Shown here one piece after another: positions 38,678 through 47,950 of a DNA stretch of 64,000 nt. The position numbers were made by a program, and so were the translations under genes. Origin of the DNA: Nitrososphaerota archaeon. Lineage in GTDB: Archaea; Thermoproteota; Nitrososphaeria_A; Caldarchaeales; Caldarchaeaceae. The stretch lies in assembly GCA_041641305.1 (NCBI GenBank), contig JBEPYN010000002.1:466009-530008 (forward strand), read 5' to 3'. Position 1 is the stretch's first letter; every line of letters starts with the position of its first letter. A model generated the notes under the pieces. That model was not told where the DNA came from. It did not search any database and worked only from the letters and a program-made list of their open reading frames with translations.

Positions 38678-39748
38678 GTGAAGATTGGTACTTTTGTGTC
38701 TGCCTATCCGTTTTACAACTTTAGGTACTTGAAGTTATTGGGCGAGTTTTCTAAGAGGTTTGGTGTCTATGTTTTCGCGGGATCTACCTTGGGAAAGCAT
38801 TACCGTGTTGACGGTTTTAGGCTTTTGCGTGTTCTTCCTTTCAGACTTCCGCGCAGAATTGGTTACTTGGTTGGTAGTTTGTCTGGGCAGGTTTTCATGG
38901 GTTTGGCGGATGTCGATCTATACTGGTTTTTTGACACAGCTTCTCCATTGATTCTATCTGTTCTTACTAAGCCGGTTGTTCTAGATGTTGATGACCCTAA
39001 GATTACTCTACCCTACTCGGAGAAGAAGAATGTTCCACGCTTTACTTTGGCTAGGGAGCTTCAACTTTTGAAGAATAAGCGGGTTGCAAAAATAGTTGTT
39101 CCAACGGAGATGATTCGGGATAAATTCGTCATGAATGGGGTTGATTATGAGAAGATTGAAGTGATTCCATATGGTGTAGATACCGATTTGTTCACACCTT
39201 CTCCTCTGCCCGATGACCCGGTCGTGTTATACTATGGAACCTTTCAACACCACCGTTCCAGACTATTAGTGGACCTCGTGGAGGCTTTGGCGAGGAAGAG
39301 AGGTGATGTCAGGTTCATACTCGTTGGCGATATGCCGCCATCAGTAAGGAGAAGGCTGGAAAGATTTGTTGGTGGCAGGGCTGAGATGCCTGGGTTTGTC
39401 ACCCATGACGAGCTTCCTAGCTATATTCAGAGAGCCAGAGTGTGTATTCTGCCGCAGGGCAGGTCGTTGGGTGGCAGGCTCTCATTTAAGCTTCTTGAGT
39501 ACATGGCTTGCGGAAGGCCTGTGGTTTCAACGGATGTTGATGAGTCTTTCCCAGTCAAGAAATCGGGCGCAGGAATAGTAACACCTGTGGACGCCGAAGC
39601 TATGGCCGACGCCATAATCGACCTACTCGACGACGACACGTCAGCAAAGCAGATGGCTGAAAAAGGCATAAACTACGCTAAACAATTTGACTGGCACAAC
39701 ATGGTAGACAAATACGTCAATCTCTTTAAACAAGTGGCTGAAAAATAG
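38678..39748 (+). CDS. glycosyltransferase family 4
   Basis: GTG start. GT-B C-domain: LEYMACGRPVVSTDV...SGAGIV. Confidence 0.8.
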   Translation: MKIGTFVSAYPFYNFRYLKLLGEFSKRFGVYVFAGSTLGKHYRVDGFRLLRVLPFRLPRRIGYLVGSLSGQVFMGLADVDLYWFFDTASPLILSVLTKPVVLDVDDPKITLPYSEKKNVPRFTLARELQLLKNKRVAKIVVPTEMIRDKFVMNGVDYEKIEVIPYGVDTDLFTPSPLPDDPVVLYYGTFQHHRSRLLVDLVEALARKRGDVRFILVGDMPPSVRRRLERFVGGRAEMPGFVTHDELPSYIQRARVCILPQGRSLGGRLSFKLLEYMACGRPVVSTDVDESFPVKKSGAGIVTPVDAEAMADAIIDLLDDDTSAKQMAEKGINYAKQFDWHNMVDKYVNLFKQVAEK

Positions 39749-39752
39749 TTAC

Positions 39753-40652
39753 CTAAAATTCCCAAAAAACAGTTAAGATCATCCGTTTTTCTCCTGAACG
39801 GGTTTGAGTTAATCTTTTGGACAAGATTTTTCCGTCGCCAAGATGGTTACGCAACTCGCTGACAGATGCAACAGCTTCATGATTTGGTATATCATGAAAA
39901 TCTACCACCAGTCTTTTCACTCCCAAGGCAGGAAGTAGGAGCAACTCTTTCATGACAAAGTGTTCGCACCCCTCACAGTTGAGCTTAACAACTTGGGGCT
40001 TATATATACTAACTAACTCGGTTAAACTTTTCACAGGCACCTCAAGTTTGGATAAATTGCCATCTGGAAATTCTAACCCATATCCAATCGATCCATAATT
40101 TGACGGAATGTCCGGGACAGCGTTGCCCACAGCTATGTTCAATGTTTCAACGGGAAGTCCGCGACAATTCATCTCAATGAACCTAACATGGTAAGGTACA
40201 GGCTCAACTGCAACAACCCTGCCCGCCTTCTTGTACATCCACATCAGCGGCGTATCTCCCAAATAAGCCCCTACGTCGAGCACAACAAGTCCCTCAACAT
40301 CCATCGGATACTTGCGGAGAAGAATGGTAGGAGGCGCCACCCCCTCGGCCTTAAGAGGTATAGTGAAATCCCTCCCGAAATAATCTCCAATAATTAAGAC
40401 ATCGGGTCCAAAATTGACTACAGAAAGCATGTCACCATAGTGACGCCAGCTTTTCTCAAGCCTAACAAGCTGCCTCAAAAGCAAACGTGCACTACAAACA
40501 ATCACCCCACCACGTCTTGAAACAAACCCCCCCTCCAACCTAAACAAAGACCTCAGCAAAAGCTGAAACCAGTTAACCACATGCCTCCTAGCAACAGACA
40601 AAGCAAAAAAATAACTTCTGACGCGACTGACAATTGAAGCGTAACCAGACAT
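39753..40652 (-). CDS. FkbM-family methyltransferase
   Basis: VLDVGAYLGDT SAM-binding motif and an overall Methyltransf_21-like layout. Located in the glycan cluster. Confidence 0.6.
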   Translation of the reverse strand: MSGYASIVSRVRSYFFALSVARRHVVNWFQLLLRSLFRLEGGFVSRRGGVIVCSARLLLRQLVRLEKSWRHYGDMLSVVNFGPDVLIIGDYFGRDFTIPLKAEGVAPPTILLRKYPMDVEGLVVLDVGAYLGDTPLMWMYKKAGRVVAVEPVPYHVRFIEMNCRGLPVETLNIAVGNAVPDIPSNYGSIGYGLEFPDGNLSKLEVPVKSLTELVSIYKPQVVKLNCEGCEHFVMKELLLLPALGVKRLVVDFHDIPNHEAVASVSELRNHLGDGKILSKRLTQTRSGEKRMILTVFWEF

Positions 40653-40702
40653 CTCATGATTTGCTGGCAGAAACTCATCTAAATACTTTTATGAATTAGT
40701 AA

Positions 40703-41692
40703 TTAAGCTGAAACGTTGGAAAGCATTAGTGCTGTTAGCTCCTTTATCGAAAGCCGCGGGTCCTTCAACTCCCTGACACCGAGAATTTCCTTGATGCGGT
40801 CGATTTTGCAGATAAACCTGTTTTTGTCGTCGGGTGTAAAGAGTGGTGGAAACCCTTTATCCACAACCTCAACCACTGGGCTGACCCTGCCGTTCGTCAA
40901 CTGCTCCACAGCCTTCTTAACAATCTCAGCAAGCTCGATGACTGTGATCGGCTCGGGGTACACGAGGTTAAAGATGTTTCCAACCCCCCGTAAGCCGCCG
41001 TCAAAAATCCTCCTAATGACCAGCTCATAGACCTTGACAACGTCCTCAACATCCACATACAGGATTGGCCTATACATGCTGTTTCTGTACGGGGTAAGGG
41101 GCAGCCCCTTGACAGCGTTCTTTATGAAGATTTTCGCAGCGGTCTGCTCAGGCATTCCAGGCCCCAGAACCGTCCCAGTCCGTACCACCACATACGCCTT
41201 ATCCCTAAACATGTAACTAAATAACCTCACCACAGACTCCTGACACACCTTAGACAAGGCGTAAATTCTAGCCCTCTCCTCAACCTTGTCAGGCCTATAC
41301 CCAAAATCCTCGTCAACAACCCCCATCAACCCCGTCTCCCCGATAGTATGCCAAGTACCCGCCTGAACCATACCCAAGCATGAAACACTCCTCGCCACAG
41401 CCTCACAAACATTCTGGGCACCTACCACGTTAACCTCATAACCGAGACGAGGCTCATCATTAATCCTTGGAATCTGAACAATAGCCGTGTTGACCGCAAC
41501 CCGGGCATCATCCAAAGCGTCGGAAACGGACTTCAAATCACGAACATCACACTCGAAGAACTCAGCATCAATCTGCTCTCTAGGCCTGACCACATCCGCA
41601 ATCCTGACCCTAAAACCAATACTTGACAAATGCTTGGCAACGGACGAGCCGATAAATCCCGCCCCGCCGAAAACCACTACATCAACAGTCAT
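40703..41692 (-). CDS. NAD-dependent epimerase/dehydratase family protein
   Basis: The likely start is MTVDVVVFGGAGFIGSSV (Rossmann motif). The longer ORF up to 41779 overlaps the upstream GT4 gene. YALSK catalytic motif. Confidence 0.8.
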   Translation of the reverse strand: MTVDVVVFGGAGFIGSSVAKHLSSIGFRVRIADVVRPREQIDAEFFECDVRDLKSVSDALDDARVAVNTAIVQIPRINDEPRLGYEVNVVGAQNVCEAVARSVSCLGMVQAGTWHTIGETGLMGVVDEDFGYRPDKVEERARIYALSKVCQESVVRLFSYMFRDKAYVVVRTGTVLGPGMPEQTAAKIFIKNAVKGLPLTPYRNSMYRPILYVDVEDVVKVYELVIRRIFDGGLRGVGNIFNLVYPEPITVIELAEIVKKAVEQLTNGRVSPVVEVVDKGFPPLFTPDDKNRFICKIDRIKEILGVRELKDPRLSIKELTALMLSNVSA

Positions 41693-41726
41693 AGAAGCCA
41701 CGCTATAAAACCATGATTTAAATTGT

Positions 41727-42902
41727 TTACGCCCTGCGTTTACCCACCTCGTCCAAAACCCGGGCAATTTTTGGAACAATCACAGCATAGCTAAACTCTT
41801 TCTCAACATGTTGTCTCGCGTTTACCCCCATTTCTTTGCGTAAAGAATCGTCGGTAAGTAGCTTGTGTAAACGATCGGCCAACGCCGCTATGTCCCGGGG
41901 CTCCACAACGAAACCTGTAAAACCATCGACCACGGCCTCAGGTATTCCCGCAACCCTTGTCGCCACAGCAGGTCGGCCGCACGCCATCCCCTCCAGCAAA
42001 GCCCTCGGAATACCCTCACCCTCCCTCGTCGCATAAGCCACAACATCAGCTGACCTGAAGAGCATAGGCATCTCCCTGTTGGGAACCGGGCCCAAGAAAA
42101 AGACAGAATCAGCAAGACCCGGTTTCTCAACCATCTTAGCCAGTCGGCTCATATAGCCAGCTTCACCAGAACCAGCAATGGCCAAAACACAGTCACTATA
42201 CTTGGCACTAACTATTTCGAAGGCTTGAACGAGGTCGCCCACACCTTTTTTCTCATTAACTCGTCCAACATAAAGTACGCATCTCCGTCCTCTCTTCAAC
42301 GTCTCAAGCCGCTGACTTCTATCACCCCATGGATTAAACCTGTCAACATTCACAGCGTTATGTATGTAGATAACCTTAGAGACGTCAAGCTTCCGATGGT
42401 AGAGCAAAACCTCGGGAAGCATAAGCCTCGAATATAAAACAACTTTCTCACAAGCATCCAGAGCCCTTCTAAGAAACCATCTATAGAACCTCTCCTTTCC
42501 CTTAGCCTGCATCGGGTCGCCGAACAGCCAAGTTCCTGGGAGAACAAGAACGGACGGTATGCCAGCCAACTGTTTACCCATCCATATGGCTGAGAGCTCA
42601 GGTGGGCTAAAGGTCCTAACATAAACAACATCAACATCCCCTCCCTTCAGAACAGGTGTTAAACTATAGAAAACAATTTTAGTGGCTCCGTACAACTTGG
42701 GAACCCTGAGAGCTGGAACCTTAACAATCTCCATGTTAGGGGGCAGGTCAAATCTACGTGATGCAACAGTATCGGATACAACAAAAAGATGATCAACATA
42801 TCTGCTGAGCATCAAATATTCTTCGAAATACTGTGCATGGAGGGATGGGGCATCCAGCCCTTCAACCCGGCCGATGAAAGTCAATACATTAACCATAGAC
42901 AT
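41727..42902 (-). CDS. glycosyltransferase family 4
   Basis: GT-B fold: GRVNEKKGVGDLV...EGEGIPRALLEGMACGRPAVATRVAGIPE. Confidence 0.85.
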   Translation of the reverse strand: MSMVNVLTFIGRVEGLDAPSLHAQYFEEYLMLSRYVDHLFVVSDTVASRRFDLPPNMEIVKVPALRVPKLYGATKIVFYSLTPVLKGGDVDVVYVRTFSPPELSAIWMGKQLAGIPSVLVLPGTWLFGDPMQAKGKERFYRWFLRRALDACEKVVLYSRLMLPEVLLYHRKLDVSKVIYIHNAVNVDRFNPWGDRSQRLETLKRGRRCVLYVGRVNEKKGVGDLVQAFEIVSAKYSDCVLAIAGSGEAGYMSRLAKMVEKPGLADSVFFLGPVPNREMPMLFRSADVVAYATREGEGIPRALLEGMACGRPAVATRVAGIPEAVVDGFTGFVVEPRDIAALADRLHKLLTDDSLRKEMGVNARQHVEKEFSYAVIVPKIARVLDEVGKRRA

Positions 42903-42959
42903 CGAGCGTGGAAATAACCACTAAATAAACCCTATAACAACAAGAAAAACCTTGATAAC

Positions 42960-43934
42960 CTATTGGGTCTTCAATATATTCGCGGCAAAACGCATATAGC
43001 TCAAAGCATACCTCTCTATCGATTCACTCCATTCAAATTTTGTTGCAACGATTTCGCGCGCTTTTTCAGCAATCTGTGTGCGTTTTTCTACATCGTTCAG
43101 TAGCTGTGCTATTTTTTCGGCGAGAAGCTGGGGGTCTCTCCGCTTCACCAGTAGAACGCTTTCCCCGTCACGGAGCACCTCGGGAACTATTCCAACGGGT
43201 GTTGAGACACTGGGCGTCAGACATGCCGCGGCCTCGAAAACAGTTCTCGGCCCGCCTTCAAAATGGGAGGTGCACACAAAGACAGCGGCCTCGTTATAGT
43301 GTCTAACAACCTCATCCTCGGTAACCCATCCCAGAAACCTCACCACATCAGATACACCAAGCTGTTCAGCCAAGCGGCTCAACCGCGCTCTCTCGGGCCC
43401 ATCACCGAGAACCTTAACCTCCAAATCATGAAAATCACGGCGGAGAATAGGAACCGACTCCAGCAAGAGCTCAAGACCCTTTTCAGGAACAAGCCGGGCC
43501 GCTGTCAAAACCATATGCCCCCTCCCAGAGGGTTTACTGAGAGGCTTGAAAAGGTCGAGCCTAATGTAGACCGAGGGGATCACGGAAACCTTCGAAACGC
43601 CGTTTGCTCTGAGATGAGAAGCGATGTTGTTGTTGACCGCGCGAACCATGTTGGACGACCTTAGGACAAACCAGGCAGCCAGCCTGTCTTTGCGGGGAAG
43701 AAAACCCTGCTCCAAGTAGGAACCATGCACCTCCGTGATGAGTGGAGCTCCTGACAGTTTTGCTTGCAGAAGGGCTGGGACCCCGACCCGGAGAGTAGGC
43801 TCCTGCGCAACCACCAGGTCATACCGTCTCAGCCTAGGCTTGAAGAAACCCGTCACAACCTCGACCTCGCCCCAGTATCTTCTCAAGTCCTCCAAAGCTA
43901 TCGAAGGCTTTCTCCCAACCATCAATACTCTCAT
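42960..43934 (-). CDS. glycosyltransferase family 4
   Basis: HFEGGPRTVFEAAACLTPSVSTPVGIVPEV C-terminal GT4 motif. Confidence 0.8.
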   Translation of the reverse strand: MRVLMVGRKPSIALEDLRRYWGEVEVVTGFFKPRLRRYDLVVAQEPTLRVGVPALLQAKLSGAPLITEVHGSYLEQGFLPRKDRLAAWFVLRSSNMVRAVNNNIASHLRANGVSKVSVIPSVYIRLDLFKPLSKPSGRGHMVLTAARLVPEKGLELLLESVPILRRDFHDLEVKVLGDGPERARLSRLAEQLGVSDVVRFLGWVTEDEVVRHYNEAAVFVCTSHFEGGPRTVFEAAACLTPSVSTPVGIVPEVLRDGESVLLVKRRDPQLLAEKIAQLLNDVEKRTQIAEKAREIVATKFEWSESIERYALSYMRFAANILKTQ

Positions 43935-45250
43935 GAGCCGAGTCCTACCGCCGCAAACCTCACCCTCTCCGAAAACTCTGACGGGCTGTAAACCCTTCTC
44001 CCATCAACCAGAACAGGCCGCCTCATCAGCTTTTCAAAGGTTCGAGGCCTTAATCTCCTGAACTCATCCCACTCCGTCGCCAATATACAGACGTCAGCCC
44101 CTCTTAAACAGTCTTCCGCAGAACCTGCGTAAACCACTTTTTCACCAAGTATTTTTCTCACGTTATCCATGGCCACCGGGTCATACACCTTCACCACACA
44201 CTTTCTCTCCAGCAGTGCTTTGATTATTTTGAGCGCAACGGCTTCTCTCACATCGTCTGTGTTGGGTTTGAACGAGAGTCCGAGAACAGCCGCGGTCTTT
44301 CCCTCAAGGTTTCCAACCATTTTTTCAGCCAGTTCAATGGCTTTTAGGGGCTGGGACTCGTTAACCTTGTCGACGGCGTCCAGTATAAGTGGGTGCTCAC
44401 CCATTTCCTCCGCAAACTTCTTCAAGGCTTTGACATCTTTGGGGAAGCAGCTTCCGCCGTATCCAAGTCCCGCGTTCAGGAAATAGGGGCCTATACGTTT
44501 ATCCAATCCAACCGCTTTCGCAACAACGGTGATGTCTGCTCCCGGGATGTGTTGGCAGATGTTTGCAACCTCGTTGATGAGGCTTATGCGTGCGGCGAGG
44601 AACGCGTTACTCGCATATTTTATCATCTCAGCGTTGACCGTGTTTGTCAAGATTGTTGGCGGCATCATACGCCGGTAAAATCCTTGATAAAGCTTGAGCA
44701 GTCTTCTCCCACCTTTCCCCCAGTCATCACCTATCACAATCCTGTCAGGATTAAATGTGTCTTGCACAGCGTTGCCTTCGCGGAGAAACTCAGGGTTGAC
44801 GCAGAGAAAGAGCCCATCACCAACCGTCTTACCCGACGCGTTTTCCAGCTCTTTTTTCACAAGCCCCCGCGTCGTCCCGGGAACAACGGTGCTCCTCACA
44901 ACAACTGTGCAGGATCTTCTGCGGCTGGCCAGGGCCTCCCCGAGACTATGTGAAGCTTCGGCGACATACGACAGGTTAATACCTCCATCGGGTTTCGAAG
45001 GTGTTCCGACAGAGATGAAAACAAAGTCCGCGTCACTTGCTTCGGCGTAATCGCTGCTGCAGCCAAAGTTATGCCTGCTTTTTTTCAGAAGTTTTTCGAG
45101 GCCAGGTTCCTTGAAGGGTGCTTTCCCGGCCTTGATTGTCTCGACTTTGTTTTGGTCAACGTCTATGCCCATAACCTTGAAGCCTCGGGAGGCAAGGCAG
45201 GCCGCTGTGGTGAGTCCAACATATCCGAGCCCGATGACGGCTATTTTCAT
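43931..45250 (-). CDS. UDP-glucose/GDP-mannose dehydrogenase family (nucleotide-sugar 6-dehydrogenase)
   Basis: N-terminal MKIAVIGLGYVGL. Catalytic Cys region GGSCFPKD. 439 aa. Confidence 0.9.
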   Translation of the reverse strand: MKIAVIGLGYVGLTTAACLASRGFKVMGIDVDQNKVETIKAGKAPFKEPGLEKLLKKSRHNFGCSSDYAEASDADFVFISVGTPSKPDGGINLSYVAEASHSLGEALASRRRSCTVVVRSTVVPGTTRGLVKKELENASGKTVGDGLFLCVNPEFLREGNAVQDTFNPDRIVIGDDWGKGGRRLLKLYQGFYRRMMPPTILTNTVNAEMIKYASNAFLAARISLINEVANICQHIPGADITVVAKAVGLDKRIGPYFLNAGLGYGGSCFPKDVKALKKFAEEMGEHPLILDAVDKVNESQPLKAIELAEKMVGNLEGKTAAVLGLSFKPNTDDVREAVALKIIKALLERKCVVKVYDPVAMDNVRKILGEKVVYAGSAEDCLRGADVCILATEWDEFRRLRPRTFEKLMRRPVLVDGRRVYSPSEFSERVRFAAVGLGS

Positions 45251-46113
45251 GTTTCGCCGCCTCTGGTGTAACGATATGAAAGTGACAGTGCTTCCATGTA
45301 TGTTTCGGGTGTTCCTATGTCTAGGCGGAGCTCTTTTTCATCGAGTTCGACCGCGAGTATGTTGCCGCCTGTGTCTATGAGTTTCTGGATTGCGTCGGTT
45401 AGCTGCAGCTCTCCTCCGGCGTCTTCGGGTGTGGCGTCAAGTGCTTTCATGATGTATGGTGTGAAGATGTAGAAGGGCATGATGGCGAGGTTGGAGGGCG
45501 GTGTCCTGGGTTTCTCAAAAACCTTGGATACGCGGTGAAGTCCTCCGCCGACCGGCTGTGAAACAACCACTCCATACTGCTGTGGGTTCTCTACTTTCTG
45601 GACAAGGAGTGTTGCGTCGTACTCGTTCTTGGGCCCGGCTGCTATGAGGTTCTTGAGAAATTTGCCGTCCTTGCTGTAGATGTAGGTGTCTCCTGCGCAG
45701 AGAAGGAAGTTGTCGTCTCCGACGAAGTGGCGGGCTGTTTTCACGGCGTCTCCGAACCCGCGTGGAGCGGGCTGGCTCACCCAAACTATGACTGATTCCT
45801 CCAGCATCTTGTAGAATGTGATGAGCTCTGAGACGGTTGAGTATTTGCCCATCTTATCCATTTTATCGATAAAGTCCCAGTCGGGTGTGAAGTGGTCCTC
45901 GATGGCTCTTTTGCCTCTGCCCACGACGAAGCAGAACTGTCTGAACCCGAAGGTGTAGAGCTGTTCAAACAGGGCCTGTAGGAGGGGCTTGAGAGTGACC
46001 GCGCCGTTTCCAGCCCTTACGTAGATGGGAAGCATCTCCTTCGGCATCTCCTTGGTTGTAGGAAGCAGCCGGGTTCCAAGACCCGCCGCAGTTATCACAA
46101 CCTTCCTGACCAT
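45247..46113 (-). CDS. UTP--glucose-1-phosphate uridylyltransferase-like sugar nucleotidyltransferase
   Basis: ITAAGLGTRLLPTTKEMPKEMLPI signature (GalU/RmlA fold). Confidence 0.85.
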   Translation of the reverse strand: MVRKVVITAAGLGTRLLPTTKEMPKEMLPIYVRAGNGAVTLKPLLQALFEQLYTFGFRQFCFVVGRGKRAIEDHFTPDWDFIDKMDKMGKYSTVSELITFYKMLEESVIVWVSQPAPRGFGDAVKTARHFVGDDNFLLCAGDTYIYSKDGKFLKNLIAAGPKNEYDATLLVQKVENPQQYGVVVSQPVGGGLHRVSKVFEKPRTPPSNLAIMPFYIFTPYIMKALDATPEDAGGELQLTDAIQKLIDTGGNILAVELDEKELRLDIGTPETYMEALSLSYRYTRGGET

Positions 46114-46290
46114 CTTTGGTTCCCAATGGTAAAGTCTACTACATAACCATTAATGGTCAAGGGCGCCTCTAGTGATAAGATTCCCGTCAACTTATGATTG
46201 TTCGTTGGAAGCATTGAAAACAAAGTCGGAGCAAGACTCAGGGGATGGGAGAGAAAGACGATAAGCCAAAAGCTTATTTTTAAAAGCTAG

Positions 46291-46531
46291 TCATAGATGG
46301 TTCTCCTCATACCCACGTCTATGAATACTACGGATTGATTTTTTCGCTTCTATCATGTAGTCTCCACCCCTCCATCTGTAGTAGCCTGTTAGTTCTCCCC
46401 CTGAACCTTGTTCCGCTGTATGGTTTTTCCACAATCTCTAGTATCGCTTTCTCAATACGTTCCCTAGCCTCTTGAGGAAGTTTCCTATACTCTCTAAGAA
46501 ATGATTTCGTAAAAGGAGCCTTGTAGGTCAA
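46291..46531 (-). pseudogene. RelE/ParE-family toxin disrupted by a frameshift in a G5 homopolymer
   Basis: In-frame ORF 46328-46531 (TTG start) encodes TYKAPFTKSFLREYRKLPQEARERIEKAILEIVEKPYSGTRFRG, a typical RelE N-terminus. Removing one G from the GGGGG run (complement of 46397-46401) continues it as ELTGYYRWRGGDYMIEAKKSIRSIHRRGYEENHL*. This matches the RelE C-terminal YRxRxGDYR...HR core. Confidence 0.6.
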
Positions 46532-46538
46532 GGCAGTG

Positions 46539-46748
46539 CTACGCTTTCCTCAATAACTCTCGTATATCTTCTGGATTTTCAGCTGATATTGTCTCCCCAC
46601 GGTGGTACTCCTCTGTAGCCTTCTTTATGCGCTCCAACCCTTCGCTATCGGCCATCTCCTCCAGAGTAGCAAGTATTTCCTCAACTCTATCAATATGCTC
46701 CCGCAGCTCCTTCAGCAAATCACGAGGTAAAGCTACAGAACCGCCCAT
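46539..46748 (-). CDS. putative antitoxin (RelB/RHH-like) of the RelE pair
   Basis: 69 aa, acidic. Ends in EEYHRGETISAENPEDIRELL, a motif common in archaeal antitoxins. Separated from the toxin start by 7 nt on the same strand. Confidence 0.5.
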   Translation of the reverse strand: MGGSVALPRDLLKELREHIDRVEEILATLEEMADSEGLERIKKATEEYHRGETISAENPEDIRELLRKA

Positions 46749-47156
46749 GACCAGTCAAAAGACCAAGAACCTAATAAGGGTTATAACAGTGTCCGGGTGC
46801 AGAGACATGTTTACAAGCCGAGGCGCAATTATTGGCTGCATGGTTGTTGTGGCGTTGTTTTATGACTGTTTTGGAGTAATAAAAAGAAGTTGTTGGGTTC
46901 ATCTATCCTATGGGCGCTAGTCAAGCCTTGTCCACGTATCCTTGTTAAACATTGTGTATGATGAGACAGAATCCATTAGAAACATTACTGCAACACTTAC
47001 ACCGTCTTTCTTTCCACCTCATCAACATACACAAGCCATTTTACCCATCGCCTCCTCTATAAATGCAGGATTCGGCCGCCAGTATCTATCAACTTGGCTG
47101 AGCTACTCCAGCTGAGCACGCTGTTGCATGTTTTTAGATCTGGCCATGTGCTGGAC

Positions 47157-47801
47157 TCAGTTTTCTGTTCTGGTTATTATGGGGTATGGTGTTGCTTTTT
47201 TGTCTTTGAAGAGGTGGTTGATTAGGGATGCTGCGGCGAGGAAGTCGAGGGCTATCATTGAGAGTATCATGGCTGCGCCTGCTTCGTGGTGGAGCTGGGG
47301 GCTGAATATGACTGGTGGTGCGACGTAGAGGGGTTCGGTGACAAGTGTGAGGTAGAAGCCGTACCATCCCATGACTTTGCCGAATGCGATGGCTAATGCT
47401 TCTCTCCATGGTTTTGACAGGCCTTGTGCGGAGAAGTAGAGGATGATGCCTGTGATGAAGTAGGATATTCGTTTGAGCTGGTAGAGTATGGGGTTGTTGA
47501 GGTCGGCTGGACATATTCCGTATCCGAAGAATGAGTTGGCGGGTAGGTGCCAGTAGAATATGAGGGCCGCTGCTGTGCTGAAGCCGATGTAGCGGCTCCA
47601 ATGCTTGCCGAGGTTGATGCTGAGACGTGAGGATAAGAGATAGGCTGTGGAGTAGCCGACTGCTGCGATGAAGGTTGGCCAGACATCCATGTAGAAGAGT
47701 AGGTTGGTTAGCTCGAGGCCCCTCACCAGAGGGTAGTGGAAGACGGTGATGTAGGCGAAGGCTGCGATCACGGTGGCTGCGGCTGCTCCGCGGATGTCCA
47801 A
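47157..47801 (-). CDS. hypothetical polytopic membrane protein
   Basis: 214 aa with 6 predicted TM helices. Same strand and downstream of atpD. Confidence 0.6.
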   Translation of the reverse strand: MDIRGAAAATVIAAFAYITVFHYPLVRGLELTNLLFYMDVWPTFIAAVGYSTAYLLSSRLSINLGKHWSRYIGFSTAAALIFYWHLPANSFFGYGICPADLNNPILYQLKRISYFITGIILYFSAQGLSKPWREALAIAFGKVMGWYGFYLTLVTEPLYVAPPVIFSPQLHHEAGAAMILSMIALDFLAAASLINHLFKDKKATPYPIITRTEN

Positions 47802-47950
47802 CTCATTAGACCGCCTGTCTGGGGGTTATTTAACCCCGTGTCTTCAACCCAGAATATTATGGAGAGGCTTCTTCTGCTTTTTTCCGCAGAGCCTCAGCCA
47901 TCTCCTGCTTCTTTTTCCTAATCTCCTGTCTCAGCTGCTCGAACTCTTTT

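Noticed and set aside
46950-47040. Possible C/D-box sRNA (ATGATGA at 46957; TTGATGA on the minus strand near 47015)
   Set aside because: No correctly spaced D or D' box (CTGA) downstream on either strand, and no terminal stem. The motif alone is insufficient.
47134-47686. 155-aa and 97-aa minus-strand ORFs (Pro/His/Ser-rich) at 47134-47601 and 47393-47686
   Set aside because: They are alternative frames of the 47157-47801 membrane-protein gene. Low complexity and fully overlapped.
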